Assembly (NCBI GenBank): GCA_016209495.1
Contig: JACQVX010000082.1
Span: forward strand, 1-54,912
DNA length: 54,912 nt
Source of the DNA: Planctomycetota bacterium
GTDB lineage: Bacteria > Planctomycetota > JACQVX01
Direction: 5' to 3'
Shown: in pieces, positions 10,244 through 18,594 of the stretch
Position numbering within the stretch: position 1 is the first letter of the stretch
Layout: every line of letters begins with the position of its first letter
Program-made: the position numbers and the translations under genes
The notes under the pieces: model-generated
Database searches by the model: none
The model's input: only the letters and a program-made list of their open reading frames with translations
What the model was told of the DNA's origin: nothing

Positions 10244-13222
10244 GTGCTGCCCACCCGAGACAAGCCTCGCCCCACGCGGGCCATCCTGGGCCTTTGCCTA
10301 GCGCTCGCCGCCGGCTGCAAGGCCCCGGCGGCCCCGGCGGCCGCGGCGCCGACCCCGGCAGTCCGCCCCTCCCTGGACGCCGTGCGGGACTGGGCGATCC
10401 TCCTCAACCCGCCGCGGACCGTGCGCGCCGACCACCCGGCATTCCAGGCCTTCGACCTGGTGGTCCTGGACCCGGACTCCATCGATCGCTCGGGGGGCGG
10501 CCTCGACGGAGGCCCCCGGATGTCCCCCCCCACGCCGGCCGCCCCGCCGGCCGCTCGCCCGCTCCGGGTCGGCTACCTCAGCCTGGGCGAGGCGGAGTCC
10601 TACCGCCCCTACTGGGCGGCCCAGGCCGGGGCCTCCTGGATCCTGGAGGATAACCCCGACTGGCCCGACAACCACCGGGTGGACGTGCGCGCGGCCGCAT
10701 GGGCCCGGGTGCTCCTGGCGGACGAGGCCCCGCGGGTCCTGGGGCTGGGCTTCCAGGGCCTCTTCCTGGACACCCTGGACGTGGCCGAGGGGCTGGAGTC
10801 CCGGGGCCTCGCGGGCTCCCGGGCTGCCATGCTGGACCTCGTGCGCTCCCTGCGCGAGCGGCACCCGGAGGCCGTGCTCCTCGCCAACGGCGGCCTGGCG
10901 CTCCTCCCGGAGCTGGCCTCGCTGGTGGACGGCGTGGTGCTGGAGGACCTGTACCACGCGTGGGATTTCGAGCGGGGCCGCTCGGTGAAGGTGGCCGCCG
11001 AGGCCCGCTGGGAGAGGCTCCAGGCCCTGGCGGCCCACCCGGGGCTCCCGCTCTTCTCGGTGGACTACACCGAGGACCCGGCCGAGTCCCGGGAAGCGGC
11101 CCGGGAGGCGCGTCGCGCGGGGGTCCGCCCCTACGTGGCCCCCGTGGCCCTGGACCGGCTCCGCACCGATGCCCTGCCGGGGCGACGCCCCCCGGGGGGC
11201 GAGCCCCGGGGCGTCCTCGTCCTCTACGACTCCACCGAGCTGGGCGAGGAGGAGGAGGTGCGACGTCCCCTGCGCGCGGCGGAGATGGCGCTCAACCACC
11301 TGGGTTGCACGGTGCGCTGGCACGACGTGGCGGGGGGCCTCCCCCCGGACGAGGCCCTCGCGGGCGTCCGGGGGGTCCTCACCTGGTTCTTCGACGACCG
11401 CATGGGCGGGGCCGAGGCGTATTGCCGCTGGCTCCGCGCACGGCTGCGGGAAGACCTCCGCGTGCTGGTCCTGGGCGAGCTGGGGGCATTCCGCGACACG
11501 GAGGGGGACCGCGAGACCCCGCCAGAGCTCCTGGAGTCGCTCTACCGGGAGATGGGCCTGGAGCTGGGGCCCGACTGGCCCTCGCGGCCGCCCTCGCGGC
11601 GCGTGGTGGTGGAGCACAAGGAGCCCGAGTGGGTCGAGTTCGAGCGGGACCTGGAGGGCGAGGTCGGTTCCTACCTGGAGGTCCACGCCGCGGACCCGCG
11701 CTGCCGCACGCTCCTCACCCTCGGCCGAACCGACCGGCCCGGGGCCCGCGCCGACGCGGTGGTCCTCACCCCCACCGGGGGCTATGCCCAGGACGGATAC
11801 GTGTTCTACAGGGCCCCGGAGGTCTACACCTGCCAGTGGCGCATCGACCCGTTCCGCCTCTTCGAGGCCGCGTTCGGTCTCGCCGGCCTCCCCAGGCCGG
11901 ACGTCACGACCCAGAACGGGCGGCGCGTCTGGTTCTCCCACGTGGACGGGGACGGCCTCATGAACCTCTCCTTCGACGGCGGGCGCTACTGCGGGGACGT
12001 GATCCTCGAGCGGGTCCTCCGGGCCTACCCGCTGCCCTTCACCGTCTCGGTGATCACGAGCACCGTGGACCCGGCCTCCCTGGGCTCGCCCCAGGCCCTG
12101 GCCCTGGCGCGCTCGATCTTCGCCCTCCCCCACGTGGAGCCGGCGAGCCACGGCCATGCCCACCCCCAGGACTGGGAGCGGCACGAGCTCACGACCCCGG
12201 TGCCCGGGTACTCCTACGACGAGCACACCGAGGTGGTCGCGTCGTCGAACTACATCCGGGAGAGCCTCCTCGCCCCCGGGGGGCGGGTCGGCCTGTTCCT
12301 CTGGACGGGGAACTGCAACCCCACCGAGTCGGCCCTGCGCCTGGCGCGGGAGGCCGGGCTCCTCAACATGAACGGGGGCGACTCGCGCCTCGACGAGGCC
12401 CTGCCCTCCTACGCCTACGTCGCGCCCCTCACCCGCCGCGTGGGCTCCGAGGTCCAGGTCCACGCCGGGGCCCCCAACGAGAACGTTTACACCCACGGCT
12501 TCACCGAGCCCCTCTTCGGCTTCCGCAACGTCCTGGCGACCTTCCGGAACACGGAGCGGGCCTCGGTCCTCTGGAGTGGCCTGGCGCCGGCGCGGCGCGT
12601 GACGCCCCTGGACGTCTATTTCCACTTCTACAGCGCCGCGGAGCGGGCCGCCCTGGAGGCCCTCCTCCATGTCCTGGAGGAGTCGAGCCGGGGCGAGGTG
12701 GCCCCCGTCCATGCCGGCGAATACGTGCTCAAGGTCGAGGGCTTCCTGGGCGCGCGTCTCGAACGGCTCTCCGACGAGGTCTGGCGCGTGAGCGACTACG
12801 GGGAGTGCCGGACGCTGCGCCTGGACGACGGCCTGCGCGTCCCGGACCCCGCGCGCTCCGCGGGGCTCCTGGGCTGGCGGCGGGAGGAGGGCCGGCTCTA
12901 CGTGCACCTGGCCGGGGGCGACGAGGCGGTGCTGGCCCTCGCGCCGGCCGCCGCGGACGCCCCCGAGGGGGGCCCGCCCCGGCTCGAGCAGGCCGCCTGC
13001 CGGGTGGACCGCCTGGAGGCGGGGCCCTCGGGGCTGTCGCTCCGGACCTCGGGGGTGGGCGCCGGCGAGCTGGTCCTGGCCGGCCTGGAGCCCGGCCGCG
13101 ACTACGGGCTCTGGCTCGCGGGGGCGGCCCAGGCGCGGCTCCACGTCGAGCGGGCATCGGGCGAGGGCCGGCTCGCCCTGCGGGTGCCGGCGGGGGAGTA
13201 CCTCCTCCGGGCCGAGGAGTAG
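10244..13222 (+). CDS. pelA: PelA-like bifunctional endo-alpha-1,4-polygalactosaminidase / polysaccharide deacetylase (lipoprotein)
   Basis: Lipobox 'LAAGC'; hydrolase motifs 'FDLVVLDPD', 'GYLSLGEAE', 'GFQGLFLDTLD', 'LLANGG'; PelA deacetylase region 'WRIDPF', 'PDVTTQNGRRVWFSHVDGDG', 'EPASHGHAHP', 'WTGNC', 'NENVYT', 'YFHFYS'. The GTG start is inferred. Confidence 0.9.
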   Translation: MLPTRDKPRPTRAILGLCLALAAGCKAPAAPAAAAPTPAVRPSLDAVRDWAILLNPPRTVRADHPAFQAFDLVVLDPDSIDRSGGGLDGGPRMSPPTPAAPPAARPLRVGYLSLGEAESYRPYWAAQAGASWILEDNPDWPDNHRVDVRAAAWARVLLADEAPRVLGLGFQGLFLDTLDVAEGLESRGLAGSRAAMLDLVRSLRERHPEAVLLANGGLALLPELASLVDGVVLEDLYHAWDFERGRSVKVAAEARWERLQALAAHPGLPLFSVDYTEDPAESREAAREARRAGVRPYVAPVALDRLRTDALPGRRPPGGEPRGVLVLYDSTELGEEEEVRRPLRAAEMALNHLGCTVRWHDVAGGLPPDEALAGVRGVLTWFFDDRMGGAEAYCRWLRARLREDLRVLVLGELGAFRDTEGDRETPPELLESLYREMGLELGPDWPSRPPSRRVVVEHKEPEWVEFERDLEGEVGSYLEVHAADPRCRTLLTLGRTDRPGARADAVVLTPTGGYAQDGYVFYRAPEVYTCQWRIDPFRLFEAAFGLAGLPRPDVTTQNGRRVWFSHVDGDGLMNLSFDGGRYCGDVILERVLRAYPLPFTVSVITSTVDPASLGSPQALALARSIFALPHVEPASHGHAHPQDWERHELTTPVPGYSYDEHTEVVASSNYIRESLLAPGGRVGLFLWTGNCNPTESALRLAREAGLLNMNGGDSRLDEALPSYAYVAPLTRRVGSEVQVHAGAPNENVYTHGFTEPLFGFRNVLATFRNTERASVLWSGLAPARRVTPLDVYFHFYSAAERAALEALLHVLEESSRGEVAPVHAGEYVLKVEGFLGARLERLSDEVWRVSDYGECRTLRLDDGLRVPDPARSAGLLGWRREEGRLYVHLAGGDEAVLALAPAAADAPEGGPPRLEQAACRVDRLEAGPSGLSLRTSGVGAGELVLAGLEPGRDYGLWLAGAAQARLHVERASGEGRLALRVPAGEYLLRAEE

Positions 13223-13227
13223 GCGCC

Positions 13228-15576
13228 GTGGAGGTCCGCCTCTGGAAGCTCGCCCTCTTCCTCGCGGCCGTGGGCGGCGCGGCGGTGGCGGTCCACCCCA
13301 CCCCGCTCCAGATCGCCACCTGGCACGAGCGGGCCCTGGACTACGACCGGGCCCTGGAGGGCTACCGGAGGGCCGCCCTGGACCGCGCCCGGGACCCGCG
13401 CACCGCCCTGCGCTACGCCGAGCTCCTGGTGCGGCAGGGGCGGCTGGACGAGGCGCGGGGGCAGATCCTGGAGCAGGTCCTCGCCTCCCCCGAGCCCCTG
13501 CCCCCGGCGCGCCTCCTGGCGAAGCTCCACGAGGACCTCCTGGAGCCGGAGGAGTCCCTGGACATGGGGGAGCACGCCTGGCGCTACCGGCCGCGGGAAC
13601 TGGAGTGGCTTCGCCCCGTCGTCGAGGGGCGGTGGTGGCGGAAGGACTGGGGCCGGGTGCGCGTCCTCCTGGAGGACGCCCTCCGCGAGGGGGCAGCCCT
13701 GGACCGGAGGCTGTGGGAGCTCCTGGCCCTCTCCATGGAGCGGCTGGGGGACCTGGAGGCGGCCATCCAGGTCCGCTCCGAGCACCTGGCCGTGGAGGTC
13801 GAGGACCTGCGCACCCTGGCGGACCTCTACCAGAGGACCGCGCGTCCGGAGGAGGAGCTGGGGCTCCGGCGCGAGGTGGCGCGGCTCGTCCCCGGGACCT
13901 GGATGGCCCTGGAGCTCGCCGTCCGCCTGGAGGCCCTGGGGCGCTACCCGGAGGCCATCCGGGCCTACGAGGCCGAGACCCCGCTCCGGCCCGCGGACCG
14001 CGGCCTCTCTCGCCACCTGGCCGAGCTGGCCCTGGTCCATGCCCCCGAGGAGGGCCCCAGCCTCGCCGGAGACCACCTCCGGCGCTGGCCGGACGAGGTG
14101 GCACTCCACGTCCAGCTCGCCGCCCATCGCGCGGCGCTCGGAGAGGCCGCCGCGGCCAGGGGCCACCACGAGGCGGTGGTGGGGCTCCTCCCGGGGCGGC
14201 CCGCGTCCCTGGTGGAGATGCGCTGGCGCGTCGTGTCCCTCGCGGCCCTGGGGCGGCGGGACGAGGCCGCAGCCCTCTGGGAGGCCATCCTGGAGGCGCG
14301 GCCCCGGGAGCCGGAGGTCCTGGCGGAGGTCGTCGCCTACGACCTGGACGCCGGGCGGCTCGAGCGAGCCGCCGAGCGGCTGGACCGCCTGCGGACGCTG
14401 GAGCCCGCCTCGAGGGTCGCCAGGGTCCTGGCGGCCCGGCTGTTCCTCGCACGCGACGAGCACGGTCGCGCGGCGGACGAGCTGGACGGACTCCTGGACG
14501 AGGAGGGCGCCACGAGCGAGGCCCGGGCCGCCGTGGAGGACCTGGAGCCGGCGGCGACCCTGGGGGCCGGACGCTGGCAGAGGGGCCACGAGCTCGCGCG
14601 CCGCGCCGCCCTTCGCGACCCCCGGCCGGCGGTCCTCTGGAACGAGCACGTCCTCTCGCACCGCTACCGGCCTCAGGGAGAGGCCGAGTCCACCGGCACC
14701 TCGGGGCCCGGCTCGGAGGGCGGGCTCCGGTTCGAGACCTGGGCCCGTGGCTGGTTGACGGAGCGCGTCCGCCTCGAGGCCGGCGCCCGGCTCGTCGAGG
14801 TCCGCCAGGGGCCCACACCCCCCTTCCCCGCCGTCGACGAGCGGCTCGTGGCCGAGGGGCTGCGCCTGGATGCCCGGCTCGCGGAGCGCTGGTCCGGCTG
14901 GCTCGCCACCGGCGCCAGCACCCTGGGGGACCGGACCCACCCCCAGGCCGCCCTGGGGGCGCGCTGGGAGCGACGCGGGCTCTCGGCGCAGGCGGAGGCC
15001 GCGGCCGGCGAGGCGGCGGAGGAGCCCATCGAGCTCGTCGCCGAGCAGGGGGCCGAGGGCCGGCTCGAGGGCGAGGTCCGGTGGAGGCCGGCCCCGCGCC
15101 TCGCGGCGCGAGGCGGCTATCGGGGGCGCGCGATCCGCCTCCACGGCCGGCCCTCCGTGCCCGGCCTGGCCCAGGACCTGGGGCGCGAGGACCGCCTCTG
15201 GGCGGGCGTGGAGTCTCCCCTAGTGGACGCGGAGCGGGCCTACCTCGGGGCCTCCTACCAGTTCACCTGGGCCGAGCTGGACGAGACCTCGGCGGCCGTG
15301 TTCCAGCTCGCCCCGTTGCTCGACGCCCAGAGGCTCCATTCCCTGGGCCTTTACGGCTACGGGCGCTGGGGTCGATACTGGGAGGCGGAGGCCGCGCTGG
15401 GCTACGGACTCGACACGACGCGGGAGGTGGGCTACGCGAGCGCCTCGGCCCACCTGACGCGCCACCTGGCGGACCGGCTCCGGCTCGCCGCAGGCTACGA
15501 GGTCGCGGGGGAGGCGGAGGCGGCGGGCGGCGGCGCGGTCCGGCGCTGGACCGGGGGGCTGACGTGGCTTTTCTGA
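13228..15576 (+). CDS. pelB: PelB-like TPR protein with C-terminal outer-membrane beta-barrel
   Basis: Directly follows pelA. N-terminal hydrophobic anchor, TPR-like helical repeats, then amphipathic beta-strands ending in aromatic 'LTWLF'. Divergent, so the call rests largely on architecture and position. Confidence 0.65.
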   Translation: MEVRLWKLALFLAAVGGAAVAVHPTPLQIATWHERALDYDRALEGYRRAALDRARDPRTALRYAELLVRQGRLDEARGQILEQVLASPEPLPPARLLAKLHEDLLEPEESLDMGEHAWRYRPRELEWLRPVVEGRWWRKDWGRVRVLLEDALREGAALDRRLWELLALSMERLGDLEAAIQVRSEHLAVEVEDLRTLADLYQRTARPEEELGLRREVARLVPGTWMALELAVRLEALGRYPEAIRAYEAETPLRPADRGLSRHLAELALVHAPEEGPSLAGDHLRRWPDEVALHVQLAAHRAALGEAAAARGHHEAVVGLLPGRPASLVEMRWRVVSLAALGRRDEAAALWEAILEARPREPEVLAEVVAYDLDAGRLERAAERLDRLRTLEPASRVARVLAARLFLARDEHGRAADELDGLLDEEGATSEARAAVEDLEPAATLGAGRWQRGHELARRAALRDPRPAVLWNEHVLSHRYRPQGEAESTGTSGPGSEGGLRFETWARGWLTERVRLEAGARLVEVRQGPTPPFPAVDERLVAEGLRLDARLAERWSGWLATGASTLGDRTHPQAALGARWERRGLSAQAEAAAGEAAEEPIELVAEQGAEGRLEGEVRWRPAPRLAARGGYRGRAIRLHGRPSVPGLAQDLGREDRLWAGVESPLVDAERAYLGASYQFTWAELDETSAAVFQLAPLLDAQRLHSLGLYGYGRWGRYWEAEAALGYGLDTTREVGYASASAHLTRHLADRLRLAAGYEVAGEAEAAGGGAVRRWTGGLTWLF

Positions 15577-16037
15577 GGCGCACGGGGTCGCCCGGGGGCG
15601 AGGCGGCCGGCGGGTCCCGGACGCCGCCGCCCCGGCGGGTTCTGGTGGTGGACGACGAGCCCATGGCCACCGAGGTGGCCGCCTACCACCTGCGCGACCG
15701 CGGCCTCCTGGTGGACACGACGAACGACCCCTCCGGGGTGCGCGCCCAGGTGGCCCGCGAGTCCTACGACCTGGTGATCCTCGACGCCATGATGCCGGGA
15801 TACTCCGGCCTGGACCTGGCGGAGGACCTGCGCGGCGCCGACGGGAGGCGCGACTTGCCCCTGATCCTCCTGACGGCGAAGGAGCTGACCCTGGGCGACC
15901 GGGAGCGCTGCCTCCGCCTGGGGGTGGCCATCCAGCGGAAGCCCTTCAAGGGCGAACAGCTCTACGGCCGGATCTGCGACCTCCTGGGCGGCCCGGAGGG
16001 GGCGGGAGAGGCATGGGCGACGGACCCGCTCCGGTAG
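15564..16037 (+). CDS. Stand-alone response regulator receiver inside the pel operon
   Basis: 'VLVVDDE...YDLVILDAMMPGYSG...LILLTAK...IQRKPF', with all canonical receiver residues. Overlaps the pelB stop and the pelD start; the GTG start at 15564 is inferred. Confidence 0.85.
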   Translation: MAFLRRTGSPGGEAAGGSRTPPPRRVLVVDDEPMATEVAAYHLRDRGLLVDTTNDPSGVRAQVARESYDLVILDAMMPGYSGLDLAEDLRGADGRRDLPLILLTAKELTLGDRERCLRLGVAIQRKPFKGEQLYGRICDLLGGPEGAGEAWATDPLR

Positions 16038-17584
16038 CGCCCCCCGGGGGGGACGCGGCGACCGGCGAGCCGCCGCGGGGGCCGCGGCCCGACCCCGGGC
16101 CGGCCCACGCCCTGCGGGTCTCCCTGGAGGTGGTGGCCGCCACGGCCCTGGTGCTGGGGACGGGCGTGCTCCTGGAACCGGAGCGCCCGGGCTGGGTGGA
16201 GCTGAAGCTCCACCCCCTCTGGCTCGTCGTCCTGCCGGCGGCCTTGCGCTACGGAAGCGGGGCCGGGGCCTTCGCCGGCGCCCTGGCGGGGGTGGCCCTC
16301 CTCGTCCTCCGGTTCCGCGCGGAGGGCTGGCCAGCCTACTGGGAGGACCTCCTGGACTGGCGCACCATGGACCTGCCCGCCGCCCTCTTCGGGGTCGGGT
16401 GGTTCGTGGGGGAGGCCATGGACCGCGCCCGCGCCACGCGCCGGGACGTGGAGGACCGCCTCGAGCTGGCCCGGAGGGAGGCGGACCGTCTCGACTTCAA
16501 GGCCCGCCAGCTCGAGGAGGCGAACCGTTCCCTGCGAGAACGGGTGGCGCGCCAGCTCTCCCCGGCGGCCATGCTCTACCAGGTCTCACGGCGCATGGAG
16601 GGCCTCGACGAGGGCGCGCTCCAGGGGGCGGCCCTCGACCTCCTGGTGGAGCTGATCCAGGCGACCCGGTGCAGCTACTACGCCCTGGACGAGGGGCGTC
16701 TCCTCTGCCGGGCGCGGCGCGGCTGGGGGGCAGACCTCCAGACCGCCGGGGTCCTTCCCCTGGCGGGGAGCGTGGCCGGGACGGCCCTCCGGGAGCGCCG
16801 CCTGGTGAGCCTGCGGGAGCAAGCCCACTGGGACGACCAGGGCCGTGCGACCCCGGGGCAGGACATCCTCCTGGCCGCCCCGGTCCTGGGGGCTGGGGAG
16901 GCCGCCCGCTCGGTGCTCACGGTGGAGGCGATCCCCTTCCTCCAGCTCACCCAGGCCACCGAGTCCGTCCTCCGCATGGTGGCCGACTGGACCGGGATGG
17001 CCCTGGCGCGCCTGGACCGCCACGCGCGGCTCCAGGAGCGGGCCATCGTGGACGAGGAGCTGGAGGTGCTCACGGAGGCCTACTTCCGGGACAGCCTCGA
17101 TCGCCAGTTCCACCACGCGCGGCGCACCGGCGAGGGCTTCGCCGTGGTCCAGGTGAAGCTGCGCGACTTCCCCTTCTGGCCCGAGGAGAGGCAGCTCCTG
17201 GTCTGGAAGGCCGTGGCCCACATCCTCAACCGGTCCCTCGCCGCCACGGACCTGATCTGCCGCCACCCCATCCGGGGCTTCCTGTGGGTCCTCTCCCCGC
17301 GCAAGAACACCTCCCTCGAGGGGCTGGAGGCGCGGATCCGGGGCTCCATCGACGCCTACTTCGTGGAGGCCCACGAGGGCGCCGTGCGACTCGATCTGGC
17401 CAGCCGGGAGGGCCCGGGGGGATTCGCCGACGCCCGCGCCCTGCTGGGGAGTTTCGACGAACTCGCCCACTTCCTCGACCAGGCCACGCCGGCAGCGGCG
17501 AGCGCGGCGCCCTCGCCCGTGCCGGCGCCGGCGCCACCCGCGCCCGCCGCGGCGAGCGCCGCCGTCGCACAGGGACCCGCGTGA
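16013..17584 (+). CDS. pelD: PelD-like membrane protein (TM helices, GAF, degenerate GGDEF)
   Basis: 'HPLWLVVLPAALRYG' transmembrane region, coiled-coil, GAF-like region with 'VEAIPFLQL', and degenerate GGDEF fold 'SLAATDLICRHPIRGF'; lies between pelB and pelE. Confidence 0.8.
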   Translation: MGDGPAPVAPPGGDAATGEPPRGPRPDPGPAHALRVSLEVVAATALVLGTGVLLEPERPGWVELKLHPLWLVVLPAALRYGSGAGAFAGALAGVALLVLRFRAEGWPAYWEDLLDWRTMDLPAALFGVGWFVGEAMDRARATRRDVEDRLELARREADRLDFKARQLEEANRSLRERVARQLSPAAMLYQVSRRMEGLDEGALQGAALDLLVELIQATRCSYYALDEGRLLCRARRGWGADLQTAGVLPLAGSVAGTALRERRLVSLREQAHWDDQGRATPGQDILLAAPVLGAGEAARSVLTVEAIPFLQLTQATESVLRMVADWTGMALARLDRHARLQERAIVDEELEVLTEAYFRDSLDRQFHHARRTGEGFAVVQVKLRDFPFWPEERQLLVWKAVAHILNRSLAATDLICRHPIRGFLWVLSPRKNTSLEGLEARIRGSIDAYFVEAHEGAVRLDLASREGPGGFADARALLGSFDELAHFLDQATPAAASAAPSPVPAPAPPAPAAASAAVAQGPA

Positions 17585-18594
17585 GGCCGCTCGCCACCAT
17601 CGTCTGGACGGCGGCCCTGGTCCTGGAGTCCGGGGCGGCCTTCCTCTGGGCCGGCCAGGGCGGCGCCTGGAGCCCCTGGGCCCTCGCGGCCCACCTCGCG
17701 GCGGCGGCCTTCCTCGCGGCCCCGGCCTGCCTGGGCGGGCGCGGGGCGAGGCGCCGCGTCCTGGCAGGCTGCCAGGCGGTGGTCCTCCTCCTCGTACCGG
17801 TCCTGGGCCTGGTCCTGGCCGCGTGGATGGGCCTGCGGGTCGGTCTCAGCCGGCCCGCTGGGGTGGGGACGGCCTACCGGGAGTACGTGGCCTGGCGCGA
17901 GTCCCGGGTGCGCCGCGTGGAGGACGAGGGCGAGGCGGCGGGCCGCATCCGGCGCGGGCTCTCCGTCATCTCCCTGGACGAGGTCCTGACCTCGGGCGAG
18001 TTCGCCCAGAAACGCCTGCTCATCGAGCGACTCGCGCGTCGCTCCGACCGCGATTCGGTGCGGCTCCTGCAGCGGGCCCTGCGGGACACGCACCCGGACA
18101 TCCGCACCTATGCCGCCGGGGGGCTCGCCCGCATCGAGGCCCGGGTGACCGAGGAGGTGCAGCGCGCCGAGGCGGCCGCCGCCCGGGACCCGGAGTCCGC
18201 GGAGACCCGCGCTCGACTGGGGAACCGCTACTTCGACATGGCCTCCCTGGGCCTCCTGGACGAGGCCACGCGCCGCTACTACCTGGAGCGTTCGGTGCGG
18301 GCCCTGAGCGAGGCCATCGACCGGGACACCACCCAGGCCCGGGCCCTGGTCCGCCTGGGGGAGGCCCTCCTCGCCCTCGGCCAGGGGGCGCGCGCCCTCC
18401 GTTACCTGGACCTGGCCGTGGAGCTGGAGCCCGCGTCGGCGCGCGCCCTGTGCCTGCGCGCGGAGGCGCATTTCCACGCGGGCTCCATGGCCCGCATGCA
18501 GGAGGACGCCCGGGCCGCCCTGGCCCTCGGGGCCGGAGAGGAAGACGTGTGGGAGACCCTGCGGTGGCTGACGGACGAACCGACGCGGGCCTAG
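17581..18594 (+). CDS. pelE: PelE-like membrane protein with HEAT/TPR region
   Basis: GTGA overlap with the pelD stop. TM helices ('LLLVPVLGLVL'), 'LLQRALRDTHPDIRTYAAGGLARIE', 'YFDMASLGLLDEATRRYYL', and a TPR tail. Confidence 0.8.
   Translation: MRPLATIVWTAALVLESGAAFLWAGQGGAWSPWALAAHLAAAAFLAAPACLGGRGARRRVLAGCQAVVLLLVPVLGLVLAAWMGLRVGLSRPAGVGTAYREYVAWRESRVRRVEDEGEAAGRIRRGLSVISLDEVLTSGEFAQKRLLIERLARRSDRDSVRLLQRALRDTHPDIRTYAAGGLARIEARVTEEVQRAEAAAARDPESAETRARLGNRYFDMASLGLLDEATRRYYLERSVRALSEAIDRDTTQARALVRLGEALLALGQGARALRYLDLAVELEPASARALCLRAEAHFHAGSMARMQEDARAALALGAGEEDVWETLRWLTDEPTRA

Noticed and set aside
10298-14818. Very long Arg/Gly/Pro-rich ORFs on alternative frames (also 1741-4491, 4574-7447, 18591-20963, 45555-48047)
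   Set aside because: Typical stop-poor shadow frames of very GC-rich coding DNA, with no recognisable motifs.
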